53,890 bases of DNA. Origin: Elusimicrobiota bacterium (GTDB taxonomy: Bacteria > Elusimicrobiota > Elusimicrobia > UBA1565). The notes below the pieces were generated by a model. The model ran no database searches, was not told the DNA's origin, and worked only from the letters and a program-made list of their open reading frames with translations. The first letter of the stretch is position 1, and the number at the start of each line of letters is the position of its first letter. A program made the position numbers and the translations under genes. The stretch covers positions 1 through 53,890 of the forward strand of contig JBDREN010000138.1 in NCBI GenBank assembly GCA_043819795.1. Reading direction: 5' to 3'. This document shows, piece after piece, positions 8,303 through 17,375 of the stretch.

Positions 8303-9256
8303 TTATCCGCGGGGATGATGCTCCTTATGTTTGCGCTTGAGGCCGCTTCTGTCGAGATGGGTGTAGATCTGGGTCGTCGTGAGGCTCGCGTGCCCGAGCA
8401 TCTCCTGCAGCGAGCGGACGTCGGCGCCGCCCTGCAGGAGATGCGAGGCGAACGTATGGCGGACGAGGTGCGGGTATAGCGCGCGGCTCAAGCCCGCCTG
8501 GCGGCCGAGCGTCCGCAGGTCTCGCCAGAGCTGGACGCGGGACAGGGCTTTCCCCGACCGGTTCAAGAAGACCTGCGGATCGACGATCCGGTCTTTAAAC
8601 CGCGCTCCCCGCGCGCGGAGATAGCGGGCCAGCGTCTCCCCCGCCCGCGCATGGACCGGGATCATCCTCTCCTTGGCGCCCTTCCCGAGCACGCGCACCC
8701 ATCCGTCCTGAAGGTTCACGTACTCGGGCCTGAGCGACAGCAGCTCCGAGGCCCGCATCCCGGTCGCGTAGAGCAGCTCGAGCATGGTCTTGGCGCGGAC
8801 CATGCGGAAATCGCCCCGGTCCCGCGCGCCCAGCAGCGTCTCGATCTCGTCGAGCGTGAGGAACTTCGGCAGGCGCTCCGGCAGGTGCGGGGACTTGAAG
8901 TTGCGGGTCGGATCTTCGGCGACGCGCTCCTCTGCGGCCTGGAAGCGGTAGAAGGCCCGGAGCGCCTCCATCTTCCGGAAGATGGAGGTGGGTTTGAGAT
9001 GCTTCTCGGACTTAAGGTGCCAGAGGTAGTCGTCGAGCAGCGCCGGGGAAACCCGCAGAGGGTCGCGCCGGCGGAGCCACTTCAGGAACTCGCCCAGATC
9101 CGACGCGTAGGCCAGGCAGGTGTTGTGCGCCAGCCCCCGCTCCAAAGACAGGTGCCTGACGAACTCCTCGAGGAGCGTGGGCCCGGCAGGGGCCACGTGA
9201 CCCGCCGCCTTGGGACCCGCCTTCGTCCGGGGGGCCGGTTTGTCGGTCCCTTCCAC
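8303..9256 (-). CDS. xerD: Site-specific tyrosine recombinase XerD
   Basis: LERGLA.NT..AY, LYATGMRASEL, GKG.KER, HLVRHTFASHLL.GGAD, LGHASL.TTQIYTH. Confidence 0.85.
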   Translation of the reverse strand: MEGTDKPAPRTKAGPKAAGHVAPAGPTLLEEFVRHLSLERGLAHNTCLAYASDLGEFLKWLRRRDPLRVSPALLDDYLWHLKSEKHLKPTSIFRKMEALRAFYRFQAAEERVAEDPTRNFKSPHLPERLPKFLTLDEIETLLGARDRGDFRMVRAKTMLELLYATGMRASELLSLRPEYVNLQDGWVRVLGKGAKERMIPVHARAGETLARYLRARGARFKDRIVDPQVFLNRSGKALSRVQLWRDLRTLGRQAGLSRALYPHLVRHTFASHLLQGGADVRSLQEMLGHASLTTTQIYTHLDRSGLKRKHKEHHPRG

Positions 9257-9273
9257 TCACGCGCCGGCCCGCG

Positions 9274-10395
9274 TTACCTGCGGGCTTCGTGATTGCGCGA
9301 CCCGGAGGCCGTCGCCAGGGCGGCCTTCTTCTGGCCCGCGAGCGAAGGCTTCTCCGGCGCGGGCTGCCCCGCCTGAGGCTTGGCGGCCTCAGCGACGACC
9401 ATGTACTTCTCGCGCAGGGCCTTCTCGATGGTCTCGGAGAGCTTCGGAGAGTCGCGCAGGAAGGCTTTCGCGTTCTCGCGTCCCTGGCCGAGCCGCTCCC
9501 CGCTGTGCAGGAACCAGCTGCCGGACTTCTCGATGAGGCCCGCCTCGACGCCTAGGTCGAGGAGGCAGCCCTCCTGGGAGATGCCGTGGCCGTGGATCAT
9601 GTCGAAGAGCGCCTGGCGGTACGGCGCGGCGACCTTGTTCTTGACGACCTTCACGCGGCAGCGCGTGCCGTAGAAGACGTCGCCCTTCTTGAGGTTCTCG
9701 ATGCGGCGGATGTCGAGACGCATCGAAGCGTAGAACTTGAGCGCCAAACCGCCGGACGTGGTCTCGGGGCTGCCGAACATGACGCCGATCTTGTGGCGGA
9801 TCTGATTGATGAACACCAAGCACGTGCGGGTGCGGGAGATCGCCGCCGTGAGCTTGCGCAGGGCCTGGCTCATCAGCCGCGCCTGCAGGCCGACGTGCGT
9901 GTCGCCCATCTCCCCCTCGATCTCGGCCCGCGGGACCAACGCCGCGACCGAGTCGATAACGATGACGTCGAGCGCGCCCGACCGGACCAGCTTCTCGGTG
10001 ATCTCCAGGGCCTGCTCGCCCGAGTCCGGCTGCGAGATGATCAGGTTGTCGCTGTCCACGCCCAGGGCCTTCGCGTAGCCCGGGTCCATAGCGTGCTCGG
10101 CGTCCACATAGGCGGCCATCCCTCCCGCCATCTGGGCCTGCGCGACGATGTGCAGCGCCAGCGTCGTCTTGCCCGAGGACTCGGGGCCGAAGATCTCGAC
10201 GATACGCCCGCGCGGCACGCCGCCGACTCCGAGCGCCAAATCCAAGGACAGCGCCCCGGTGGAGATCGTCTCCACTCTAATCTTAGCGGCCTTGTCTCCG
10301 AGCCGCATGATGGCCTCGCGGCCGTACGCCTTCTCGATCTGCGTCAACGCCAGCTCCAACGCCTTGCTCTTGCCGTCATGGGGGGGTGTCGCCAT
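9274..10395 (-). CDS. recA: Recombinase RecA
   Basis: [34 protein letters not shown]. Confidence 0.98.
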   Translation of the reverse strand: MATPPHDGKSKALELALTQIEKAYGREAIMRLGDKAAKIRVETISTGALSLDLALGVGGVPRGRIVEIFGPESSGKTTLALHIVAQAQMAGGMAAYVDAEHAMDPGYAKALGVDSDNLIISQPDSGEQALEITEKLVRSGALDVIVIDSVAALVPRAEIEGEMGDTHVGLQARLMSQALRKLTAAISRTRTCLVFINQIRHKIGVMFGSPETTSGGLALKFYASMRLDIRRIENLKKGDVFYGTRCRVKVVKNKVAAPYRQALFDMIHGHGISQEGCLLDLGVEAGLIEKSGSWFLHSGERLGQGRENAKAFLRDSPKLSETIEKALREKYMVVAEAAKPQAGQPAPEKPSLAGQKKAALATASGSRNHEARR

Positions 10396-10563
10396 GGGAT
10401 CGCTCCTCCTCGCGGACGCGAGGAAACTAAATTTTCCTCATTGTACTACATTACGACCCAGGGGCAGAATCGTTCCCTTGCGCCGTGGCGCGGTCTTGGC
10501 GCTTGCCCCGATCCCCGCTTACGGGGCTGTTTTCCGCGGAGCGCTGTTTCGAGGGAATTCGGG

Positions 10564-11142
10564 CTAGTAGGCGAAGTAGGGCCGCTCCATGAGCTCGAGG
10601 CTGGTCCGCAGCGCCTTGCCCTCGCCCTCCCCGGAAAGGACCTCGGCGTACGAGGCGGCGACTACCGTGCCGCTATCCCACCAGAAATAGGTCTCCCCGG
10701 CCCGGCGCGGCTCGCCGTAGATCAGCGCCAGGTCCACGACCAGCTGATCGAGCGGCTTGCGGCGGGACTGCTCCTTGTCGTAGATCACCTGTATATGGAC
10801 GAGCCGGTCCCGCCGCAACCGCAGGCGGATCGTCCGCGTCCCGGCGGGGAAGTACTTCGCGAAACCCCTCTCGACCTCGATGCGGACGATCTTGCCCCCC
10901 GGCTCGGTATACTTAGGCCACTTCTTTTGCGGCGGGTAGACGATCTCGATCTGCTTCAGGCCGTCGCCCAGCTTCAAGCTCTCGAGATACCGCTGGATGG
11001 AAACGGAACCGGCGCTCGCCGGCAGGGCGGCAAGTGAAAAGAACGAAAGCGCGAGAAAAACGGACAACGGAACATTGGGGTCAGGCGTTATCGTCGACGG
11101 GCACGAATAAGTTCCGTAAGTCAACGCCTGACCCCTTTTCAC
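10564..11142 (-). CDS. Hypothetical protein, probably exported or membrane-anchored
   Basis: Hydrophobic LSVFLALSFFSLAALPASA segment; GTGA overlap with upstream stop; true start uncertain. Confidence 0.65.
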   Translation of the reverse strand: MKRGQALTYGTYSCPSTITPDPNVPLSVFLALSFFSLAALPASAGSVSIQRYLESLKLGDGLKQIEIVYPPQKKWPKYTEPGGKIVRIEVERGFAKYFPAGTRTIRLRLRRDRLVHIQVIYDKEQSRRKPLDQLVVDLALIYGEPRRAGETYFWWDSGTVVAASYAEVLSGEGEGKALRTSLELMERPYFAY

Positions 11143-12206
11143 GTCTTTTTGGCGTAAAGGCCCGCGCCGCTCTTGTAGTGCTTGTAGGTGATTTTGCCGA
11201 GCTGGCCGATGAAGCCCTTGGCGGCCACGTAGCTGCGGTTCCGGCCGGTCAGGACCGCGATGACGTAATCCCCGTCCGGCGAGAACACGATCCCCGCGTC
11301 GTGGCAGGCCCGGCGCAGAAGCCCGGTCTTATGGGCGATCTCCCAGCCCACCGGCAGGCCCTCGGCGAGCCGGGAGCGCGCGCGACGGCGCTTCATGATC
11401 TCGAGCATCAGCTCGCTGGCGAAACGGTCGACGACCTCGCCGCGGTAGAGCCTCTCGAAAAGCATGCCCATCTCGCGGGCCGTCGTATAGTTCTCGTAGC
11501 GCACGCGATGGCTCGTCAGGCGGAGCCCGTCGGGATAAATCTCGGTGTAGACGAAGCCCATCTTCGGGAAGAAGTTCTGCAGAAAACCCATGCCCACCTC
11601 GTCGATGAGCAGAAGCATCGCCGTGTTGTCCGACTCGTGCATCATCTTATCGAGAAGCTGGCGCACGCTGAAGCGCGTGCCGTCCCGCTTCCACTTGATG
11701 CTCCCTGAGCCGCCCATCCGCGTGCGGCGGCGCAGCTTCAGCTGGCTGCGCAATGAAAGACGCCCGCGATGGATCCGCTCGAACACGCCGGCCATGATCG
11801 GGACCTTGATAAGGCTCGCGGATGGGAAGAGGTCGTCGGCGTGATAGGCCCACTCCCACCCGCGCCGCAGGTCCTTGACGTAGATCGCGACCCGGGCGGG
11901 ATGCCGGCGCGCGGCCCCCTCCAGCCTCGCGACCATCTCATCGAAGACCGGCCGGAAGGGATCCTCCCGGAGCGAGGCCGTGCCCACCGCCGCGCCGCGA
12001 GCCGCGACCGCGCGAGGCCCGGCCGCCGGACCCACCGTCCCCCCGACCGAAGCCCGCCCGAAGGAGAACGGCCCCCCCTTCGGCAGCGCCAATAGGGCGC
12101 ACACGGCGCTTCCCGCGACAAGCAGCAGCACGACCGGGAGCCGGAGGCTTTCCGACGGGACCCAGCTCAGCGCCGCGAGGACTCGGTCGCGCGCGAGACC
12201 CAGCAT
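11139..12206 (-). CDS. Serine hydrolase of the class A beta-lactamase / PBP-like fold, with N-terminal membrane anchor
   Basis: SASLIK (SxxK), SDN and HKTG motifs; ATG 12206 avoids overlap with clpC. Confidence 0.8.
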   Translation of the reverse strand: MLGLARDRVLAALSWVPSESLRLPVVLLLVAGSAVCALLALPKGGPFSFGRASVGGTVGPAAGPRAVAARGAAVGTASLREDPFRPVFDEMVARLEGAARRHPARVAIYVKDLRRGWEWAYHADDLFPSASLIKVPIMAGVFERIHRGRLSLRSQLKLRRRTRMGGSGSIKWKRDGTRFSVRQLLDKMMHESDNTAMLLLIDEVGMGFLQNFFPKMGFVYTEIYPDGLRLTSHRVRYENYTTAREMGMLFERLYRGEVVDRFASELMLEIMKRRRARSRLAEGLPVGWEIAHKTGLLRRACHDAGIVFSPDGDYVIAVLTGRNRSYVAAKGFIGQLGKITYKHYKSGAGLYAKKT

Positions 12207-12240
12207 GCGGAGCGCCCCGCGCGAAGCGCGGGGCCCCGGG

Positions 12241-14703
12241 TCACTTGACCTTGGCGGGCGCCCCTGGGCGGAAGACAAGCTTGTCGTCCTTCTCTTCATG
12301 CTCAACGTGGATCGTCGTGCCTGAGTCGAACTTCTTCAGGAGGATATCCTCGGCCAGCGGGTCCTCGATCAAGCGATGTATGGTCCGCTGAAGAGGACGC
12401 GCCCCGTAGTTGGGGTCGAACCCCTTGGCGACGAGGTGCTTCTTCGCCTCGGCGCTGAACTCGATCTTATAGCCCTGGGCCTCGACCTTCCGCATGACCT
12501 GCTTGAGCATGAGCTCGAGGATCTTCCCCATATCCTCCTCGGAGAGCGGGTGGAAGACCAGGATCTCGTCGATGCGGTTGATGAACTCGGGGTTGAATAC
12601 CCGCTTCACCTCGTCCATCACGATGTCCTTCATGCTCTTGTAGTCGCGCTCCTTATCCTCGGACGGCGCGAAGCCCAGCGACTTCCCCTTGGAGATGAGC
12701 CGCGCCCCCACGTTAGAGGTCATGATGACGACGGTGTTCTTGAAGCTGACCTTGTGCCCGAGGTTGTCGTTGAGCACCCCGTCGTCCATGATCTGCAGAA
12801 GGATGTTGAACACGTCCGGATGGGCCTTCTCGATCTCGTCGAGCAGGACCACGGAGTAGGGCTTGCGCCGCACGGCCTCGGTCAGCTGGCCGCCCTCCTC
12901 GTAGCCCACGTAGCCGGGCGGGGCGCCGATGAGGCGCGAGACCGCGAACTTCTCCATATACTCGGACATGTCGATGCGGACGATCGACTCCTCGTTGCCG
13001 AACAGGGTCTCGGCCAGAGTCCTGGCCAGCTCGGTCTTGCCGACGCCCGTGGGCCCCAGGAAGATGAACGAGCCGATCGGCTTCTTCGGATCCTTGAGGC
13101 CGGTCCGAGAGCGCCGGATGGCCTTGCTGATGACCTTGATCGCCTCGTCCTGGCCGATGAGCCGCTTGTGCAGCTCGTCCTCCATCTTGACGAGCTTCTG
13201 CGTCTCGGACTCGGTCAGCCGCGTGACCGGCACGCCGGTCCACTTGCTGACGACGACCGCGATGTCGTCCTCGGAGATCGTCGGCACCGTCTGGTCCCGC
13301 TTCTCGCGCCACTTCTTCTTCTCGCCCTCGAGATCCCTGCGGAGCTCCTTCTCCTTGTCGCGCAGGCGCGCGGCCTTCTCGTACTCCTGGTTTGAGATCG
13401 CCCCCGCCTTCTCCTTGACGACCTCCTCGATCTCGGCCTCCTTCTTCTTGAACACGGGCGGAGCCTGGGTCGTCTGCAGGCGCGCGCGAGAACCGGCCTC
13501 GTCGATGAGGTCGATGGCCTTGTCGGGCAGGTAGCGGTCGGTGATGTAGCGGTCCGAAAGCTCGGCGGCGGCCGCGAGGGCTTCCTCGGTGTACTTGGCC
13601 TTGTGGTGCGCCTCGTATTTATCCTTAAGGCCGGCGAGGATCTTGACGGTCTGCTCGACCGTGGGAGGGTCCACGAGCACCGACTGGAAGCGGCGCTCCA
13701 GGGCCGCGTCGTGCTCGATGTACTTGCGGTACTCGTCGAGCGTCGTCGCGCCGATGCACTGCAGCTCGCCCCTGGCCAGCGCCGGCTTGAGCATGTTCGA
13801 GGCGTCGATGGCCCCCTCGGCCGCGCCCGCGCCGATCACCGTGTGGAGCTCGTCGATGAACAGGATGACGGAGTTGCGGGAGCGGCGTATCTCCTCGATG
13901 ATGTTCTTGAGCCGCTGCTCGAACTCGCCCCGGTATTTCGTCCCCGCCACCACGGCCGCCAAGTCGAGCGTGAGCACGCGCTTCGAGGCCAGCAGCTCGG
14001 GGATATCGCCCGCCATGATCTTCTGGGCGAGCCCCTCGACGATGGCGGTCTTGCCGACGCCGGGATCGCCGATCAGCACGGGGTTGTTCTTCGTCCGGCG
14101 GGCGAGGATCTGGATGACGCGCTCGATCTCGTCCACCCGGCCGATGACCGGGTCGAGGCGCCCGTCGCGGGCGAGCACCGTCAGGTCCCGGCCGAACTCG
14201 TCGAGCGTCGGAGTCTTCGACTTCGTCCGGGTCTGGGACTGCGGGCTGCCGACCTGGGGCGTCTGCCCCTCGCCGAGCAGATTGAGCACCTCCTCGCGCA
14301 CGACGTCGAGCCGGAGCCCGAGGTTCTCGAGGACGCGGGCCGCCACGCCCTCCTCCTCCCGGATCAGCCCGAGGAGCAGGTGCTCGGTCCCGACGTAGGA
14401 GTGGCCCATATGCTGGGCCTCCTCCACGGCGTACTCCAGCACCTTCTTCGCGCGCGGGGTGAAGGGTATCTCGCCAAGCAGCATCACGTTGTCGCCGGTG
14501 CCGACGATCTTCTCGATCTCCGAACGTACGCGCCGAAGATCGACCCCCAGGTTGGCGAGCACCTGGGCCGCCACGCCCTCCCCTAGGGCGATCAGCCCGA
14601 GCAGGATGTGCTCGGTGCCGACATAGTCGTGGTTGAGACGCTTGGCCTCCTCCTGGGCGATGAGGATGACCCGCTGAGCCCTTTCAGTAAAACGATTCGA
14701 CAT
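12241..14703 (-). CDS. clpC: ATP-dependent Clp protease ATP-binding subunit ClpC
   Basis: [10 protein letters not shown] start, two Clp-N repeats, GDPGVGKT and GPTGVGKT Walker A, UVR-type middle domain, IGF-like loop (LGF). Confidence 0.95.
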   Translation of the reverse strand: MSNRFTERAQRVILIAQEEAKRLNHDYVGTEHILLGLIALGEGVAAQVLANLGVDLRRVRSEIEKIVGTGDNVMLLGEIPFTPRAKKVLEYAVEEAQHMGHSYVGTEHLLLGLIREEEGVAARVLENLGLRLDVVREEVLNLLGEGQTPQVGSPQSQTRTKSKTPTLDEFGRDLTVLARDGRLDPVIGRVDEIERVIQILARRTKNNPVLIGDPGVGKTAIVEGLAQKIMAGDIPELLASKRVLTLDLAAVVAGTKYRGEFEQRLKNIIEEIRRSRNSVILFIDELHTVIGAGAAEGAIDASNMLKPALARGELQCIGATTLDEYRKYIEHDAALERRFQSVLVDPPTVEQTVKILAGLKDKYEAHHKAKYTEEALAAAAELSDRYITDRYLPDKAIDLIDEAGSRARLQTTQAPPVFKKKEAEIEEVVKEKAGAISNQEYEKAARLRDKEKELRRDLEGEKKKWREKRDQTVPTISEDDIAVVVSKWTGVPVTRLTESETQKLVKMEDELHKRLIGQDEAIKVISKAIRRSRTGLKDPKKPIGSFIFLGPTGVGKTELARTLAETLFGNEESIVRIDMSEYMEKFAVSRLIGAPPGYVGYEEGGQLTEAVRRKPYSVVLLDEIEKAHPDVFNILLQIMDDGVLNDNLGHKVSFKNTVVIMTSNVGARLISKGKSLGFAPSEDKERDYKSMKDIVMDEVKRVFNPEFINRIDEILVFHPLSEEDMGKILELMLKQVMRKVEAQGYKIEFSAEAKKHLVAKGFDPNYGARPLQRTIHRLIEDPLAEDILLKKFDSGTTIHVEHEEKDDKLVFRPGAPAKVK

Positions 14704-15051
14704 TATGGCCTCACACAGACGAATGCGGATTTCTACGGCTTTATCGGCGGAAAATACACCTACCGTAACAGTATTATATAACTTTGTTAAAAATGCAAGT
14801 CTCTCAAGGCATATCTCGGACGTTCGCAAAATCCTCTTTCCAGCTATACGGTTTTCAGGGCTCCCTCTTCGCGGGCGCGGCCGCGCGATGATTACATCTT
14901 CGCCTTTTTCGCGCAAACCGGCTTGGGACGCCTAGGTCTCGTGGCCCAGCAGGGCCTAGGCCGTTTTTGGCGGCCGCCGGACCCCGATGGCCCAGGCGCT
15001 TTCGCCTTACCCGGATACACTCAGGGTAGAGCCGTGAAAAGAGGCCAAATC

Positions 15052-17373
15052 ATGAAACAGAAACTGACCCCCGTCGGAATCGCGATTCTCTCGGCGTGCG
15101 TCGCCGCCGCCCCGAACGCCCAGTGCGCCGGGGTCATCGCGGGGCAGGCCGCAAGCGCCGGACACACGGCGCCGTCCGTCGCGGTCCCGACCGTCCCGAT
15201 CCTCAAGCTCGACACCCTGGCCCTTTCCCAGGCCCCCTCGTCGCTCTCCTCCACCCTGCCGGGCATGACCATGATGTCCTACAACGCCGTGCCCCGGACG
15301 ATCCAGTCCCCGCTCGCCGCGCCCCGCGCGGCCGCCGCGAACGAGGCCTCCGCCGTCCCCGCCGCCCAGGCAGCCCCCTCCCGAGCCCCCTTGGCCCAGG
15401 CCCGGCAGGGCGTCCTCGGGACGATCAAGAAATTCGCCGCCGCGATCGCCGGCCCGAGCGCCGCCCGCGACGGGCGCATGGCCACGCACAGCCGCGCCCT
15501 CTTCGACGGAACGCTGAAGCGCGCCGCCGGCGAGGACGCCCCGACGCCGGTCCCCGCCGCCGCTCAGAGCCCCGCAGCGGTTCCGGGCAGCGCCTTGGGA
15601 CGCGCGGACCAGGACGGCGCCGACCTGGCGCGCCTCTACCCCCGGGTCGTGTTCCTTTTGGACGTCTTCAACGAGCCCGCGTCCGACAAGACCGCCCAGT
15701 ACGTCCAGAGCCTGGTCGACCACGGAGTCCACGTCGTGTTCATGACCTGGCGTTCGCAGAAGGGTCCGGGCTCCGCCGAAGAGATCCTCCTCTCGCGCGT
15801 CAAGGCCGGGCGCACCAACCCGGTCACCGTCGTCAGCCACAACGGCGCCCGCATCGCCCCCCACTCGCGCGCGAAGAACCCGGCGCCCGTAGTCGAGGAC
15901 GCCGAGTCCTTTAAGACGGAGCAGATCGAGACTTTCCGGCAGATCAACGCGAAGATCCGGGAAGCGATGTCCCTCAAGGAGCCTCTCGAGGAGCTCGGCC
16001 TCCCGGACGCCGAGAACTCATTTACCTATATAGTACGGCTGCCCGCCTCGGTCCCTGAGGACGGGGTCGCGGCCGCGCGCGGCCAGCTGACCCGCCGCTA
16101 CAACCAGCAGCTGAAGGCGGCCAATCTCCCGTTCCGCGTCTCGGCCCATTCCGGCGACGCCCGCGCGGTCATCATGCATTCGACGCCGCTGCGCTTCTCG
16201 CTGCGGCGCACCTTCGCGGCGCTCGACCAACAGTTCCGCGACGAGAACCTCTCGGACGACCCCGGCAAGTTCCTGCTCCTGACCGATACCAAGAAGTCCC
16301 CCGAGTTCTCCCGCGCGTTCCCGAAGCAGACCCAGATCCAGGCGATCCAGGACGGCGGCGGAGCCGAGAACATCCTCGGCGCGGTGCTGGGCAACAATAA
16401 GCTGCAGGCCGTCTCCGTGAAGCTCGGCAAGCTGCGGCAGTACGTAGAGTACTGGGAGCCCCGGCACCGGTACCTCCCCGCCAGCGAGGGCGCGGCCCCG
16501 GCCTCCGGCGGCTCCACCATGAGGGGCGGCGACCGCCTCTACAGCCAGAAGTTCGCGATGTTCACCGGGAGCGTGGTCTACCAGCTCATGGCCTGGTTCT
16601 ACGAGCAGGTATGGCGCGGCCAGCACAAGCTCACGCAGCTCAACCAGCTGGAGACCAAACTCCATTACATGTGGACGAAACCGCTCCAGAACGGCGTCTT
16701 CGTAAGCCAGTCGCTGGCCAAGCTCATGCGCACCCAGACCTGGAAGTCCATGAGCCCCGGCTATGAAAAGTACGCGCGCAGCTTCCTTCGCAACTTCTGG
16801 TTCCGCGAGTTCGGGAACTACAGCGCCGCCGCCAACGACGTCATGGAGAACATGGTGGGTTTGGCGACGGACCGCAAGAGCCTCATCACGCTGAACTTCG
16901 CCTCGCCCGCGACCGGCCGGATCTACAAGATCCACACCCGCATCCCCCGGCTCATGAAGCTCGACACGGCCGACGGCCGCGTGCTCACGGCCCACGGCTA
17001 CCGATCCGGCAAGGAGACCCCCGACGACGGCGAGGAGCTCTTCGCCAAGACCCTGGCCATGGCCACGCTGGTCGGCCACGGACGCAAGGGCCCGGACGGC
17101 AAGTGGCACCACGGCTCGCCGGACGGCAAGCTGATATCGAAGCTGCAGGTCCAGCTCGAGTACCGCTCGAGCCATCGCTCCTGGGTATTCAACCCCGAGG
17201 AGCTGCTCACGCTCGACGAAAACGGCCAGATCAGCCAGGGCCCGATCGTCAAGGAAATCTCCAGCACGATCGAGCGAATGGAAGCCGACGAGGAGTACCA
17301 GAAGCACGTCGCCGAGCAGGACCGCAGGGCCACGAAGGAAGACCTGAAGCCTAATAAGAGGAAGGGGGCCTGA
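15052..17373 (+). CDS. Leader-bearing protein: signal peptide + Ala/Pro linker + degenerate HAD-like domain + degenerate PD-(D/E)XK-like domain
   Basis: ATG 15052 with GAGG RBS; aligns by eye with the downstream paralog (GVHVVFMTWRSQKGPGSAEE vs GVFFVFLSDRPQDGPGSVEE; AHGYRSGK vs VVDFKSGQ). Confidence 0.7.
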   Translation: MKQKLTPVGIAILSACVAAAPNAQCAGVIAGQAASAGHTAPSVAVPTVPILKLDTLALSQAPSSLSSTLPGMTMMSYNAVPRTIQSPLAAPRAAAANEASAVPAAQAAPSRAPLAQARQGVLGTIKKFAAAIAGPSAARDGRMATHSRALFDGTLKRAAGEDAPTPVPAAAQSPAAVPGSALGRADQDGADLARLYPRVVFLLDVFNEPASDKTAQYVQSLVDHGVHVVFMTWRSQKGPGSAEEILLSRVKAGRTNPVTVVSHNGARIAPHSRAKNPAPVVEDAESFKTEQIETFRQINAKIREAMSLKEPLEELGLPDAENSFTYIVRLPASVPEDGVAAARGQLTRRYNQQLKAANLPFRVSAHSGDARAVIMHSTPLRFSLRRTFAALDQQFRDENLSDDPGKFLLLTDTKKSPEFSRAFPKQTQIQAIQDGGGAENILGAVLGNNKLQAVSVKLGKLRQYVEYWEPRHRYLPASEGAAPASGGSTMRGGDRLYSQKFAMFTGSVVYQLMAWFYEQVWRGQHKLTQLNQLETKLHYMWTKPLQNGVFVSQSLAKLMRTQTWKSMSPGYEKYARSFLRNFWFREFGNYSAAANDVMENMVGLATDRKSLITLNFASPATGRIYKIHTRIPRLMKLDTADGRVLTAHGYRSGKETPDDGEELFAKTLAMATLVGHGRKGPDGKWHHGSPDGKLISKLQVQLEYRSSHRSWVFNPEELLTLDENGQISQGPIVKEISSTIERMEADEEYQKHVAEQDRRATKEDLKPNKRKGA

Positions 17374-17375
17374 AA

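Noticed and set aside
8303..9256. Prophage or genomic-island integrase
   Set aside because: Sequence features match housekeeping XerD; it follows recA, with no phage genes or att sites seen.
10400..10560. LexA/SOS box upstream of recA
   Set aside because: Only a -10-like TACAAT is visible; no palindrome matching a LexA box I can name with confidence.
11139..12206. Antibiotic-resistance beta-lactamase
   Set aside because: SxxK/SDN/KTG are present but no clear omega-loop Glu166 equivalent; membrane anchor and core-genome context suggest a PBP-like hydrolase.
14704..15051. Upstream extensions of clpC (from 14916) and of the 14923 ORF
   Set aside because: Conserved ClpC starts at MSNRF (14703) and the signal peptide starts at 15052; the region between is a divergent promoter region.
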